Made by a program: the position numbers and the translations under genes. This document shows, piece by piece, positions 37,316 through 50,045 of a DNA stretch of 64,000 bases (within the stretch, counting starts at the first letter, position 1; the number at the start of each line of letters is the position of its first letter). Source of the stretch: Moniliella sp. 'wahieum' (taxonomy: Eukaryota); NCBI GenBank assembly GCA_003971905.1, contig RSEE01000053.1, forward strand, positions 310,001 to 374,000. The letters are read 5' to 3'. The notes under the pieces are model-generated. The model ran no database searches. It saw nothing but the letters and a program-made list of their open reading frames with translations, and was not told the origin of the DNA.

Positions 37316-39252
37316 TCAAGCCCAGAGCTTGATGCTCCCATCCCACGAGCCAGTAATGACTTGAGACGTTTCGTGCGGCAGCCAACAGTGGGAGATGACG
37401 ACGCGGTCATGCGCCTTGATGCGCTTGAGGATGCGGGTCGTTTTCCAATCCCAAAACACCAGGTTGCCTGCACCGTCGCCAGAGGAGACAAAGCGACCAT
37501 CAGGACTAAAGTTGACTTGGCACGCGTACCCGGCCACATTGTGCCCACGAAAGGACTTTTTGCGGTTCGCGCGGAACGTGTCGGCCGTGTAGATCAACAC
37601 TTGATTGTCGAGCGACTGGCAGGCCAGGTATTTGGCGGACGGGGATAGCGTAACAGCCGGCATAGAGTACATGGTGGGATCGGCAATGTACTTGATCACC
37701 ACGGGTATGTCCCACTCCCACGCACGCATCGTCTTATCGTCCGACGTGCTCACGAACCGTCGGTTCTGATCCACGAACGTAATGCTGTTGATCGCACCAA
37801 GATGCTGGTCGTACTCTTGGGTGATCTCACCAGACCGCAGATCGTATTGAATAATCTTCTTGTCGTTCATACCCGCGAGGAAACAGTGCTTCTCCTCCTC
37901 AGGATGGAAAGCGACGCAATAAGGTGTCTTGCCATTGGAAAAAGTCCGGATGGCCTGCCCAGTTTCCGTGTCCCAAAGTTTAATTTGCCGGTCATACGAG
38001 GCCGAGAGGAACTGGGTTCCAGACGGGCTGAACTCCGCCGTCCGGACCGCTTTGTTATGACCCATGAATGTACGCAACACCCGCCCATCATGGTACACGT
38101 CCCACAGCTTGACTTTGGTGTCCATACTTGCTGAGAGGAGGAGATGCCCACTTCGAGGAAAGAGTCGGACTGATGAGACACCTTTGGTGTGTCCCTTGAA
38201 CTCATGTACACACTCCTTGGGAAGGAAGCAAGTCTGATCCCCCGGATTCGAGAACAAATTGGAGTCCACGTCCGTCGGGACGGACATGTAGGTTCGGCCT
38301 TGGTAATCGTACATGGACTCGCCATGGAAGATGGAGCGTTCCTCCCCGGTGGTGCACCGGTCTTGGCTAGTGCTTTTTCTTCTTTTTGGGCTTGAAGTTT
38401 CTTCTCCGAAGCACGCAGCTCTTCCCTAGCCTTGGAAGCAGACAGCTGTTCTTCCGAAGGCCCTACCCCTTCCGTCAGGTTCACCTTCTCCCCCGCCCAG
38501 CCGGCCCAAGGACCCTGGTACGCCCCCTCCCCCTCGGTCACACTTGCGTCCCCTCCCTGTGCGCGATTCCTCTTAATGTCCCGTGACTTGGCCCGCATCT
38601 CCCCCCCGGCCAGACCGGCATTCCGATCGAGTGCCATACCACCCGAACCAGACGGGGTGCCGACAAATGCGCCCAGGTGGGCTGGGTCGTGAGCGTAGCC
38701 CTTAGTATCAAAGGTGCGCTGCTCATTGCGGAAGTCAATGGGCCGGAGGAACGCGGGCTCGACATGGCCGGTCCATACGTTCTGGCGTTTACGCATGATC
38801 TCTTCTTCCGTTGTTGCTTGGAGCGAGCGCGACAGCACCTCATACGGCAAGTTCACCAGCATCGCCGAGTCTTGCGGAGCGAGCGTGATTGCCTCATCCT
38901 GGGAAGGGGCAGCCTCGACTTCTGGGGCAGACGGGCGGACAAGTGCAGTAGGTGGCGAAGGCGCTTTCCGTTTGCGCTTATCCCTTGGAGCAGGAAAAGT
39001 GTTGGTGTGCGAAACACGATGCAAGCCAAAAGGGTCGTCGAGTGGGTTGACAGGGCCCAGGTCGTCGTCGTCGTTGACATTTTCATCGTCCTCCTCCTCT
39101 TGGGGGGCACTACTGCCCGGAACAGAATTGGCAGAAGAAAAGGTGTTACTGAATGTGCTCGGAGTGGGAAGGGAAGCGGCCGGGGCGGTGATGGTGGGGG
39201 CCTCCGTCTCGGATACCGAGTCGCTGTCGGACGCGTACCCAACCAACGACAT
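37316..39252 (-). CDS. PRP17: Pre-mRNA splicing factor Prp17/Cdc40 (WD40)
   Basis: MSLVGYASDSD, Y.GPWAGW, YDYQGRTYM, GHTKGVS..RLFPRSGHLLLSASMD, QEYDQHLGAIN, SWDGSIKLW. Frameshift near 38340. Confidence 0.95.
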
Positions 39253-39985
39253 GGTTGGGCCTCACCAAACAACCACTGGGCGATGCCCGAGTTATGAACG
39301 GGGCGGAATAGGGCGCGGCCACGATGTGCATATTCCGCCGGGGGGAAATTTTAAGGCCTGAGGGCCCCGAGGCTAAGAACGACTGCTAATACAGAGACAC
39401 TTTCCATACTCCATTTCGACTTGGTTCACTGCCCCGGATTGATTGCATCTCCCTGCCACAGCCGAAAAGAGGAAGAGGCGTCAACGCTCAGTCTTCTCCA
39501 AGGGTACGCAGGATGGCATCGTGAGTATGAGGGGGATGCTGGGAGTCAAAAGTGCATTTTCCTGTGTCTAGTCTCGCTTGTCCTCATGAGAATGAAAGGA
39601 GGTTGTCGAGTATACTAGCCTAGTACTAACATCCCCGACTCTCATCGATTGTTAAAATATAGTTCTACTGACCTTCCTTCATCCTCAACCACGGCGCTCC
39701 AAACACTCCTTACTGTCCAGACAACGAGGGTGGCTATTGCCTAGGTGTAGGCTGGGACGGAGTTGGCAACTCAATCTCTTGACTTACCCACAGGAGGCCA
39801 GGTCCGTGGCCTGGCGCTTGTGAAATACACCCCCTCTTCCTAGTAGACATTCCTACTAGCAGACAGTTCTTTCGGCCTTTCCACCTGGTCCGTACCCAAC
39901 TGACAGTGAAATCCTCCACAAGTTCCAGCACTGTGACCATGGTCCTGGCAGTTCTTGCCGCATGCACACATGCAATTATACACAA

Positions 39986-40814
39986 CTAGAAGACCACCGG
40001 GCCTACGGCCCGGTCAGCTGGGGCCTCGCCCCAGCTTGGTACTTGGTCGCCACCTTAGCCACCGTTCCGCCGGGGTGTCATGTCCTCGCTGGAGCACATC
40101 ATGTCTTGCACCCGCACCCAGGCCAAGTTTAGTGCGTTGCATGAGGCAGTGAGGGAGCCCATTCTCCAGCTCATACGCTCCATCCCCGACACTCACGTCC
40201 GCAACGAACCTATGGTGGAGGACGAGGATGGGACGAGGCGCGGACCGAGGGCACAGCGCACCGACTACCGCGTGATGGGGCCTGGAGCACTGGGAGGATC
40301 AGGAATGGAGGTCGACCACACGCTGCGCGACACGGGAACGCAAGAGGCGCAGAGCGCGTACCGGCGGGTGGTGCAGAGCACTGCGTCGCCTTTGGAACGC
40401 TGGGAGAAGGAACTGCTTCGGCTGCTTGAACAAGCAGAATGCGACAAGAACGCCAAGTACCAGGGACGCACTCAAGAGCCGTTTTTCCCCCTGGTTTTGA
40501 CGACGCGAGGATACTACGGCACCAAGACAGCGGGCAAGTTGTTTGCGCATTGGAAGGAGTTGGCTACTAAGTCTCAGTGGAAATGGTTCCTCGCTCGGAT
40601 GTCAACCACGTTCATCCGTGTCCACACGCGCTTCCTAGGGTACGGGACCGGATGGCGAGAACCGGAGGGTCCTGATATCCTGGCGATCCCTCTGGTTCCT
40701 TGACCTTAGTGGCGCTTTCAAGTAACCCCCGCAAGATGAACGGTTCGGTTCAGACGTAGCGTTCCCCCTGTCCCAGCCTTAAGCTCAGTCAATAATATGG
40801 ATTCAAAAGGGAGA
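39986..40814 (-). mobile_element. Helitron-ended element (~829 bp) containing a non-LTR retroelement endonuclease ORF
   Basis: The first ~85 bp are near-identical to the start of the 32376 element (CTAG plus twin hairpins). The other end, AAAAGGGAGA|T, matches that element's 5' terminus. A|T insertion site. Confidence 0.75.
40080..40703 (+). CDS. Restriction-like (PD-(D/E)XK) endonuclease domain of a CRE/Cnl1/MoTeR-type non-LTR retrotransposon
   Basis: Ordered motifs recognised by eye: H-x3-C (EHIMSC), LH (RH position), EP, RTD, EVD, E.DK..KY, PFFPLVLTTRG. ATG start, 207 aa, no interruption. Confidence 0.78.
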   Translation: MSSLEHIMSCTRTQAKFSALHEAVREPILQLIRSIPDTHVRNEPMVEDEDGTRRGPRAQRTDYRVMGPGALGGSGMEVDHTLRDTGTQEAQSAYRRVVQSTASPLERWEKELLRLLEQAECDKNAKYQGRTQEPFFPLVLTTRGYYGTKTAGKLFAHWKELATKSQWKWFLARMSTTFIRVHTRFLGYGTGWREPEGPDILAIPLVP

Positions 40815-40863
40815 TTGAGGAGCTTGGATCACATACTTGGGGAAAAGTCGCGCAAGCCGTGCG

Positions 40864-42727
40864 TTAGGAGGCACAATACTTGCTACTGGCGCGAACGCGA
40901 TCTCCGATTCGATAAAGAACAAAAGGGATGGGGATCTAGAGCCAGTTAGTTCACATCGCAATTACCGAAGCTGAAGGGGGAGCTGCGCACCATCAATACG
41001 TTGAGTCCGGCGAGGAATAGTGACCCTCCCACGGGCTGCATTCGCCTAAACATCTGCCCAACTGTCAGTAATGCCAGCGAAACGATAGAAGTATGTACGC
41101 ACTGGGATAGCGAAGAGGGGCATGGCGGTACTGAAGATACAACGGACGCAAGTATTGCAAGCCATGGCAGATGCTGCAACGGGACGGAAAGCTTCCCCAG
41201 TGTAAGCGAAAATGGACATGAAGCAAAGAATGACCCCCGTTCCAAATGGCAAGATGGAAATGATAGGGGCCACCCAATGGACCGACTTAAAGGTAGTCAA
41301 GCCAAATACGACCAAGCCCACCACCGTCAAGATTGCCCCAAGCATACTGGGGAATAGACGTTCTTCTGGGGGAGGACTTCCGTCATACTTTTCCAATGCC
41401 CGCCTGTACCTCTTATTCCAATACGGAATTGAACAAACTGCCAGTATCCCCTACAAGGATACCAGAGAATGACTTGAGGATGATGTCAGTATCTCGCATC
41501 ACCAGGTCAAAGAAGGTGCGACACGTACGAGGCCCGACTGCCAATCGTTGAAGTTGTGTTTAGTGCGCATGGTAAAGGGGAGCGCCTCAAAGAGCAAGTA
41601 CACGATACCGAGAAGAAGTGCCGACCAAGCACATAACAGGGAAAGCATCAACTCGGTTGCAAGGAGCACGGGAATCCTTCGCATGAACTGCAAAACGACC
41701 TGCGTCTTGTTTTTACTTCCCACATCTAGTTCCATTTGAGACACCCACGCGGGGTCGTTGGTTTCGCGGCGGAGACGCTGAGCACGACGCGTCAGGATAA
41801 GAGGGTGGTAGGTTTCTTGATAGAAGAAGATAAGCCCAATGACAAGAATGAAAGACCAAATGATGATTGGAAAGTAAGTCCAACGGAAACCGCCAGTGAA
41901 CTGGTTGGCAAAGCCAGAGTATATTGGACCTAGAATAGGACCTAGAAACGGGCTGGAGAGTAAGTTAGTTTTAGGAGGGGCAGAGAACATTAGAGTACAT
42001 ACCCAACAGTAAACAAAGACATGGGGACAAACAATTCCTCCCGAGGAAAGAGGTCAGTGCATGTGGCCCCAGCAACACTGAGGAAGGCACTAGCGGAAAA
42101 TGCAGACAGAAATCGGAAGATGATAAGAACAGCGATATTGTTGGCGAAGGCAACGGGGAAGTTGAGGAGGAAGAAAGCCCCCAAGGAAATAATGTAGATG
42201 GGCCGTCGCCCGTAGAACTCCGAAAGCGGGGAAAAGATGGCAGGTCCCAAGCCAAAGCCAAGGACGAACCTAGTCAAACACACGTTACGTTAGTGTCACT
42301 GCATACCTTCAAAATAGGGTACTCACAAGGCGACAGTCAGAATTGCGACTTCTTGCCCCACATGAAACTTTTCTTGGACGTGGCCATAGCTAAGAGCAGC
42401 GGCACTACTGCAAGTAGTGGCGACCAGCGCGGCTTGGATAACAAGGAGGAGGAGAAAGAAGCGGCGAGTTCCCCATGTCATGGGGTTTTCCGGGTCCGCA
42501 AGGGGGTCAGGCAACGATTCTACGAGGTCGGCATCTGAGTAAACACCCCAGCCGACCAACTTGCGCTTTTGCGTGTCGCATGCGTCATCGACGGGGTTGA
42601 GGTCAGGAATCGTGCTGGCTGACCGTTCATCAATCGGCTTTTCTCCTTGTGGGCCGGGGCGGTATTGGATGGTGGATGCATCGAGCTGGTCGTCCGCGGC
42701 CAAGTTGGCAACCGTTGCGAATGCCAT
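40864..42727 (-). CDS. MFS drug:H+ antiporter (DHA1 family) transporter
   Basis: DPENPMTW, FSPLSEFYGRRPIY, FLGPILGPI, ETYHPLIL..RA.RLR.ET, PPEERL, ASAMA.NT..R, IPFVLY..G.R.RA.SKY. Several introns. Confidence 0.92.
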
Positions 42728-44471
42728 GTGCGAGAGGATATGGACGCAGGAAGCTGAGAGCTCACACTCTTACGAGGCAGCTACTATAGATGGTGGGGGA
42801 GAGACCCAAGGTCAAGAGCCACGGCCCAACGCGTTGAGTGCCGGCCGCTCGCTCTGGGGGGTTGGAAATTGGACAGGTGATTTTGGATTCTGAGACTGGA
42901 TATACCCACGCATAAACACCGGTTGTGTGTTTGGAATGGTCAGCAAATCCGTGTGGTTGCTTTCGTTCGTATGGCCTGGTGGTCGTCGGCGAGCTGGTGC
43001 CGGGATGCCGAGTTCGGTAGCGGTCTGTATCAACACGATGCACGGCCGAGCGGAACCGGCTCCGCATCATGCATCATGCATCGCTTGATATTTCCCGTGC
43101 TATCGCCGAGCGGAATTGCAGTCTAGCGAAGCGCCGACCATCGGCTCTGGCGTTTGCTTCCGCGGACTTAAAGCGGCTCAGCCGGTTAAACGTTAAACGT
43201 TAACGCTAAGCGCTTAAGCTTTAAGCTTCAAGCTTTAAGCTCGCCCCAGCCGAGAGACGAGATGGAAGAACACCGCAGATCACATGCATGTCACATGCCA
43301 CAAGAGAAGATCCATGTCACCTGCTGGCAAGCTTTCAAATGTCATTGGTGGTTCCGGACATGCCTTCAGGGCCTCAGAATCCGAATCGCCAGGGGCGCAT
43401 CAGCGCAGCCCATGCTAGACGCCAGTGCTAGGGTTGTTTGAGGTGAACGTTGCATTAATGATTGGGGACGCTCGCCTAGCCGGGCGGAAGAGTGCCGCTC
43501 GCCGGCTGCGCCCCCCCTGCGCTCTCGCCTGTCTCCATCCCTTCAGACGTTCAACGCTTGAAGACTTGTGTGGCTCGCCACTTGACCCCCCCACCTTGCA
43601 CCTTGAGCCGTTCCTCACGCAGCATTGCAGGTGTGGCATCATGTCCTTGCTTGAGCAAAGAAAAAAGAGCAACTGATGATATATTGGTTGAGACCCAACA
43701 CCACACGATTTGATGGCTACGGGGGCCTCCCCAGAGCTCCTCTCGGAGCTGGGCAAAGGTAGCGGGGAGGTGTGCGGATTGGGTGGGCAGAGAGCGTTGA
43801 ACTCAACGTTGAACATGTTGAGCTGGCAACCACTGGCAGCAGCTGCCCACGTTGGTGAGTTGAGCACGTGGCTGTGCTGGACCTTCAGGTATTCACGGCA
43901 GAGTTGGTGCCAATACGCTCACATCTCCTCATCTTCCCATCCTTTCCCACCCTCCCCCGCAAAGAGAGGCAACATGTAGCAACCCACGCCAGCTGCGGTC
44001 GCACTCTCTCTCGGGGGGTGGTACATGTGCTTATTATAACTCTTGTTGGCCACAGGTGTGTGAGACGGTATGGTGGGGTATCTGTGGGGCGTGCGGTGGA
44101 CTGCATGGCTCAGTAACACGTCGAACCGGTGGCGTTCTCCGATAGCCCCTGGTAACCCGTAACCCGTAACCGCGTAACCCATTCGCCAGCCGCATCAAAT
44201 CCGGCGCCTATCTCCACCAGAGCTCACTGCATGGGATGTGCCGCGTGACGAGACGCCACGACACCGAGTGCTGACACTCGCACGCTCGCTAGCCTCTAGC
44301 CTCTAGCCTTTTTCGGAGCATGGTCAGTCAGGTCAGCAGAGGCGGACGAGGGCGCCATTCCATTCACTAAGTACGTTTTAAGAGTCATGAATCACAGGCC
44401 TCTCTTGTCGATGGGAGGAGCGGGCAGCAGGATGAGACCACTCCGAGGGAAAGGTAGAGACGAGTGGGCGG

Positions 44472-44585
44472 GGCGGTCTTTAGTCTGCGGTCTTTAGTCT
44501 GCGGTCTTTACTAGTCTGCGGTCTTTACTAGTCTGCGGTCTTCAGTCTGCGGTCTTCAGTCTGCAGTCGGCGTTCTTCAGTCTGC
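44472..44585. repeat. Tandem minisatellite, 14-17 bp unit (AGTCTGCGGTCTTT / ACTAGTCTGCGGTCTTT)
   Basis: About seven adjacent copies visible. Confidence 0.9.
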
Positions 44586-44864
44586 CATCTTGAGTCCTTG
44601 AGTCTACACTCTGCGGTCTGCAACGTCGGCAGCAGCTATATGGAGGCAGGAGGACGAGGAGACGAGCCGAGCGTGGGCGCCTGGCATGGCGCAATGTGTG
44701 GGCGAGAGAGCTGAAGCTTGAAGATCGGTCCGCAGTTCGTTGGCTACGTGCCTCGCCAGACCTGCTCCTCGGTCCGCCACACCGCTGCCAGGAAACGGGC
44801 AACGTGAGACGAAGGCTACAGGACGCAAGACATGAGACATGAGACATGAGACCCGCGAAAAAAG

Positions 44865-47861
44865 TTATAGCTCAACACCAGCGTCGGCAAGGGCGCGAAC
44901 CATATCGGCATCGAGGTAGGCGCGTGCGCTCACCTCGTCCGCCAAGCCTTTACGCCTACGGGTTTTGAGGACAAAGTCGCGAGCCAAGCCGAGTGGGGGC
45001 GCCGGTTCGAGTGGGCGGAGGACGAGGGACGTATCGAGCGGGTCACCCGGTACGACTTGCCAATGGGAGAAAGTTTGGAGCGGCATGGCCTGGCCCTGGG
45101 TGAGCGTGCGCACGTCCGTTTCGAATCCGGCCGAGTCGATGGCGGGTAGCAAGGCGTGCATGGTGACGAGCGGTGTGCCAGGTTTCGGTGCGTCGCGGAC
45201 CACGTGCCCGCGTCGTCGTGAGAGCGCAGTGTAGATATCCCCGACGGCTTCGGGTGGTGCTTGGACTTCGACCGCCAGCACCGGTTCGAGCAACCGCGGT
45301 TGGGCCAGGAGGAACGCGGCGTAACATGCGCGCCGTGCGGTGGGGATGATTTGTCCGCCGCCGCGCTGGAGTGGGTTGTCGGCCAAGCTGGCGGACAAGA
45401 TGCGGAACTTGACGTTGCGCATGGGTTCGTCGGCCAAGGGACCTTCGCGCGTACCCCAGGCAAATCCTTGTGCGATCGACTGTTTGACCGCATAGAGCAA
45501 TGTCTTGTCCACTTCGCCGGGCAAGGTATCGTCGACCAACACGTTGGGACCTTGGGTGTCCGGGCCAAACGCCCAGACCGAACGGGCGGCCAAGACATCC
45601 CAGTCGTACCTCTCCGTGAGCAGTTTGGCCAATTGGCGCGGGGGCAAGCGAATGTCGATCGTGCCCGCTTCAATGTCTTCAGCCAGACCCTTTTCCAACG
45701 GCTCCGCCACCAACGTCAAGCTGTTCTTGCCATTCGGCGTGGTAGCCACGCATTGCACCATGCTCGTCTCGATCACCGTCTCGGCAAACCGGACAATGGG
45801 GTCCGACACTTTGATTTCCACCTCGGCCCAGATGGTACGCAGATCATAAAGGATCGAGTCCAGGTACAGTTCGCCCGTGCCGAGCAGGATGTGTTCGCCA
45901 CTCTCCTCCACGCGTACTTCGGCCAAGGGGTAAGTCTTGCTCACCGCGCGCAATCCCGCCAGCAACTTGGGCAGGTCGGACGGGACAAGGGGTTCGACAG
46001 CGACTTTGAGCACGGCCTGGTTGAACTGCCGAATGGGATGGAAGATGGCCAGTTCGGAACCTGTTCCGCCCACCACGGTGGCCAACTTGACGATGCTCTC
46101 TTCCACGCCAGACAGGAGCACGAGCGAGCCAGCCGGCACGCCCTCGACCGGGAGCACGTAGCGGGTATGGTCCAGCAACACGCCTTCGACCGTAGCTTGC
46201 ATCATGTCCTCCTCGTCGTCGGGTGAAAAGGTAGGTCCCAACACACGTACGCTCATGCCGACCTCGACTGTGCCGCTCATCACGCGTCCCAAGGCGCGAA
46301 GCGAGCGGCCATCGACGGTAGGCAACAACTTGGTCACATGGACCACCACCTCGGCCTTGGGGTCGCACTGGGCCATGCCCTGGGCCAAGCTGGGGGCCAA
46401 CTCGGCGGGGAAGTAGCGTTGGACTTTTTTCGCGGCACCTTCTTGGGCGCTCGGCAGGCTGACGAGCAGGTCGCCCAAGCCCGCGGGACCGGTAGAGAAG
46501 AACTGGGTGAGAACGAGACGGAGGAGAGGCCGAACGTCGGTCTTGTACGCTTGCGATGGGAGATGGATGCCCATTCCGCCCAGGGTTTTCTTGAGCTCGG
46601 CCGGTTCCGAGGACAAGACCGAGGTGTAGAGTTTGTACAGGGAGTCAGGATGAACTGGAGGAAACTGCGGACACTACCGGAGGTCGGGGTGCGGGTAAAG
46701 TTGCGCGAGGCGGGCGTGTAGTAAATGTCGCCCCAGAGCCGCTGGGCAAACTTAGGTTGGTCCAAGGGGGTGGTGAGCGCGTAGAGTTGGGCAAAGGAGC
46801 GAAGCGTAAAAACGTAGCGGTGCTCGGTACTGGCAAACGCCACGTTGCCCCGTTCGGGCGACAGACGCCGTGCCGGGTCGGAGGAGACGGAGGCAACGAC
46901 AGTGTTAACCTCATCGATTGTTTGGCGGATCTTAAAGTAGGCGTCGGTCGGGGGCAAGCGCAACTCGAGAATCAACCGGTCCAACTTGTTGACCACCAGG
47001 ACGATGGGCAAGTCCTCCGTCACACAGTACTTGATGATGGCCTCGGTTTGACTCATCACGCCTTCCACCACATCCACCACTAGCACCACGCCGTCCACCA
47101 AGCGCAACGCAGCTGCCACCTCGTCGGAAAAGTTGGGGTGGCCGGCGTGTCGAGCAAGTGGACCGCATGGGACTTGCCGCGCGTATCGGAGAGGACAAGG
47201 GAGAGAGCGGCAGTTTTGAGGGAGATACCACGGTCTCGCTCCAGCTTGAGAGCGTCCGTGTAGCCCAAGCGGCGGTCGACATCGACCTGCATCTTGTGAG
47301 TATACTCGACGAGCATGTCCAACAAGGAAGTCTTGCCGTGGTGCAGGTGGCCAACGACCGCCACGTTGCGCACCATGTCGGGGAACTGGAGGAGGTCGAC
47401 GAGGAACTTCTTTTCGTACCTCGTCTCGGGCAAGTCGGCCTCTTGGAGTGCGAATTGGCGGATCTGCACGGGCTCAACCAAGGGCTGGGTGATGGGCTGG
47501 GCATCTTCTTCTTGCACCAGCGTCTCTACATGCTCCCCATAGACCTCGGAGGCATCGGGATAGTACTTTTTGTCCTCGTGGAGGATGACGGCATTGGAGG
47601 GCGCCTCATCGACCTGCATCAACGCGAGTGATGGCTCCTCGGGCGCAGCGCTGTCGACAGAGCGGGGCGAAGCAGAGGTGGCGGAAGCGGCGCCGGGCGC
47701 CGGGGCCGGGGCTGCGGGCGGGGAGACATAGGAGTCGTCCGAGTCCGAGCCGGAGTCCGAGTCGGAGAGTGCGCCGAGGTAGTTGCCGCTGGAGCCGGGT
47801 TAGCCGAGGCGGCGGATGCGGACAGAGGGGGGGGGACGTACAATTCGTCGTACTCGTCCAT
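44865..47861 (-). CDS. SNU114: U5 snRNP GTPase Snu114/EFTUD2
   Basis: [71 protein letters not shown]. Frameshifts near 47140 and 46640. Confidence 0.97.
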
Positions 47862-48158
47862 GGAGCCGAGGGGGGGGGGCTCGTGGAGGAGGCGGTGGAG
47901 GTAGTGGAGGTAGTGAAGGTGAAGGAGGCGATGGCGATGGCGACGGCGATGGCGACGCGTCGAGGCCACCGGAGAGGATGGATGCTGCTGGCAGAACAAG
48001 GGCCAGACCAGGGGGATCGGTGCAACTCATCCATTCTCGCCTCGCCGCCGTTGGATTTGTTTTGTTTTTTCTTTTCTGTTTTTTTTTTGGTTGGGGCTTC
48101 TCACGTGGTCCTATTAGCGGGGGGAAAGCACCAGGAGCAGCAACTGGCCACCTTCCCG

Positions 48159-49738
48159 ATGCGCCTCCATCGGTTCCCATCGCCTGGCACCCGCACCCTC
48201 ACCACCACCGCCACCGCCATGTCGCGACCCTCGAAGCGTGCCCGGACCGCCCCGTCCACCATCGACTCCCGTCCGCTCTCGGGCGTGTTTGCCATCAACA
48301 AGCCTTCGGGCCCCACCTCGGCCGAGCTGCTGGACCGTCTCAAGCCGCTGCTTGCGCGCTCAGCACTGTTCAAGACGGCCGATGGCAAGCCTGTGCCCCT
48401 GGAGGGCAGGATGTTCCGCACGCTCAATCGCCAGCCCCATATCCCACCCAAAATTGGCCATGGTGGCACGCTGGACCCGTTGGCCGACGGGGTACTGGGT
48501 ACGTCCGCTCCCCGTTCCTATCTGGCTTAAATGCCTCTGTCCCTCGTCCAGACCGGGTGGCTAACCCCCTCCCCCTCTCCCTTTTGTACTAATCGCAGTC
48601 ATTGGCGTCAATGGTGGAACCAAGGCGTGTGGGCAATTCCAGTCGTGCACAAAAGAGTACGCAACGACAGCGCTACTCGGCTCGTCGACCACGAGCTATG
48701 ACAAGTTGGATCCGATTATGTACCGTGCCGCCCACACGCACGTGACGCCCGCTGTGCTGGAGCAAGGTCTGGCCCACTTCCGCGGCACGATTACCCAGGC
48801 GCCGCCGCTGTACTCGGCAGTTCGGATCGAAGGCAGACGGCTGTTTGAGTATGCACGACAAAACCTCCCGTTGCCGCGCCCGATTCCCAAGCGCGAGGTG
48901 CAGGTGGATGCGTTGCGCCTGACGTCCTTCCTCAAGGCGGGCGAGCACCCGTATGCGCCGCCGGAGAAGGAGGTTCCGGAGGAAGACAAGGCGCTGGTGG
49001 GGAGGGTGCGTGCGTTGGCGGGCGACGAGGCGCGTGCCGAGCCCAAGCGGGTCGCATCGGAGCAAGCAGAGGCAGCTAAAGAGGAGGGCAGGTGGAAACC
49101 AACAAAGAGAGCACCACAGCGGAGGCTCAGGACGCTGAGCAGCCGAGCGCCGAGCCCAAGCCGGTCGCATCAGAGTCAGCAGAGCCAACGCCAGCCAAAG
49201 AGGAGGAGCGGGCGGAAACCAACAAAAGAGAGCACCACGGCGGAGGCCGAAGACGCAGAGCAGGCGAACGCCGAGGCCGAGACGGCACAAGAAAAGCAGC
49301 AAGGCAGCAGCACCACCCCCACCACGGGTGCCACCACCACCACCACCACCACGGTGGACGCAGCGGACGATGAGCGTGATATTGCGCCGGCAGCATTCAG
49401 CTTGGAGATGACGGTCAGTGGCGGGACGTATGTGCGGTCGATCGTGCATGACCTAGCGCGGGAGGTGGGGAGTGCGGCGCATGTGGTCAAGCTCACGCGG
49501 CTTCGCCAGGCCGAGTTTTGCATTGCGCATCAGCCGGCCGAAGGCGAGGCGGTCGAGGGCAACGTGATTGAGTGGAGTGTGTTTGAGCGTGCGCTGGCGG
49601 CGCTGGAGCAGCAGCAGGCAGGAGCGGGCGGCGCGGCGGCTGGGTCGGCGGCAGCAGCTGGGACCAAGACCGCGGCGGGGGAGGCGGGGGGTGGCGGAGT
49701 GGGAGAAGGAGCTGCTGAGGCGGTTTGTGCCCAAGTAA
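48159..49738 (+). CDS. PUS4: tRNA pseudouridine(55) synthase (TruB family)
   Basis: [31 protein letters not shown] (intron), [33 protein letters not shown]. Confidence 0.93.
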
Positions 49739-50045
49739 ACGCATGTGTGTACTGAAGAGTGTGGATGTATTGGTGGTGGAGGTAGCGTAGGAGGAGATAT
49801 ACAAGAGCCCACAGAATATACGAAGTGCTGCGTCCAGCAGTATCAGGTGCGGCGAGGCAGGGCGGCGCGTGGGGGTCGGTGCAACCGCTCGTGTCCGCCC
49901 GGCCGGCGGCAGTGGATTCCGCCCCTGCCTGGCTGGGTTTCCCGACGCAGGCAATTTTTTTCTCGAGCGGCGGCCGGGCGGACAATCGACGGACGATACC
50001 GGCCGCACCAAACACACCAACACCAACCCCACCACCACCACCACC

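Noticed and set aside
40080..40703. Possible Fanzor/TnpB cargo in the Helitron-like element
   Set aside because: No RuvC motifs recognisable and the ORF is too short; the motifs fit the non-LTR RLE domain instead.
44152..44180. TAACCC-containing repeats resembling telomere sequence
   Set aside because: The unit is the 7-mer GTAACCC with only ~4 copies; it fits the general heptamer pattern.
44472..44585. Short direct-repeat array considered as CRISPR-like
   Set aside because: Units are contiguous with no unique spacers, there are no cas genes, and the context is eukaryotic.
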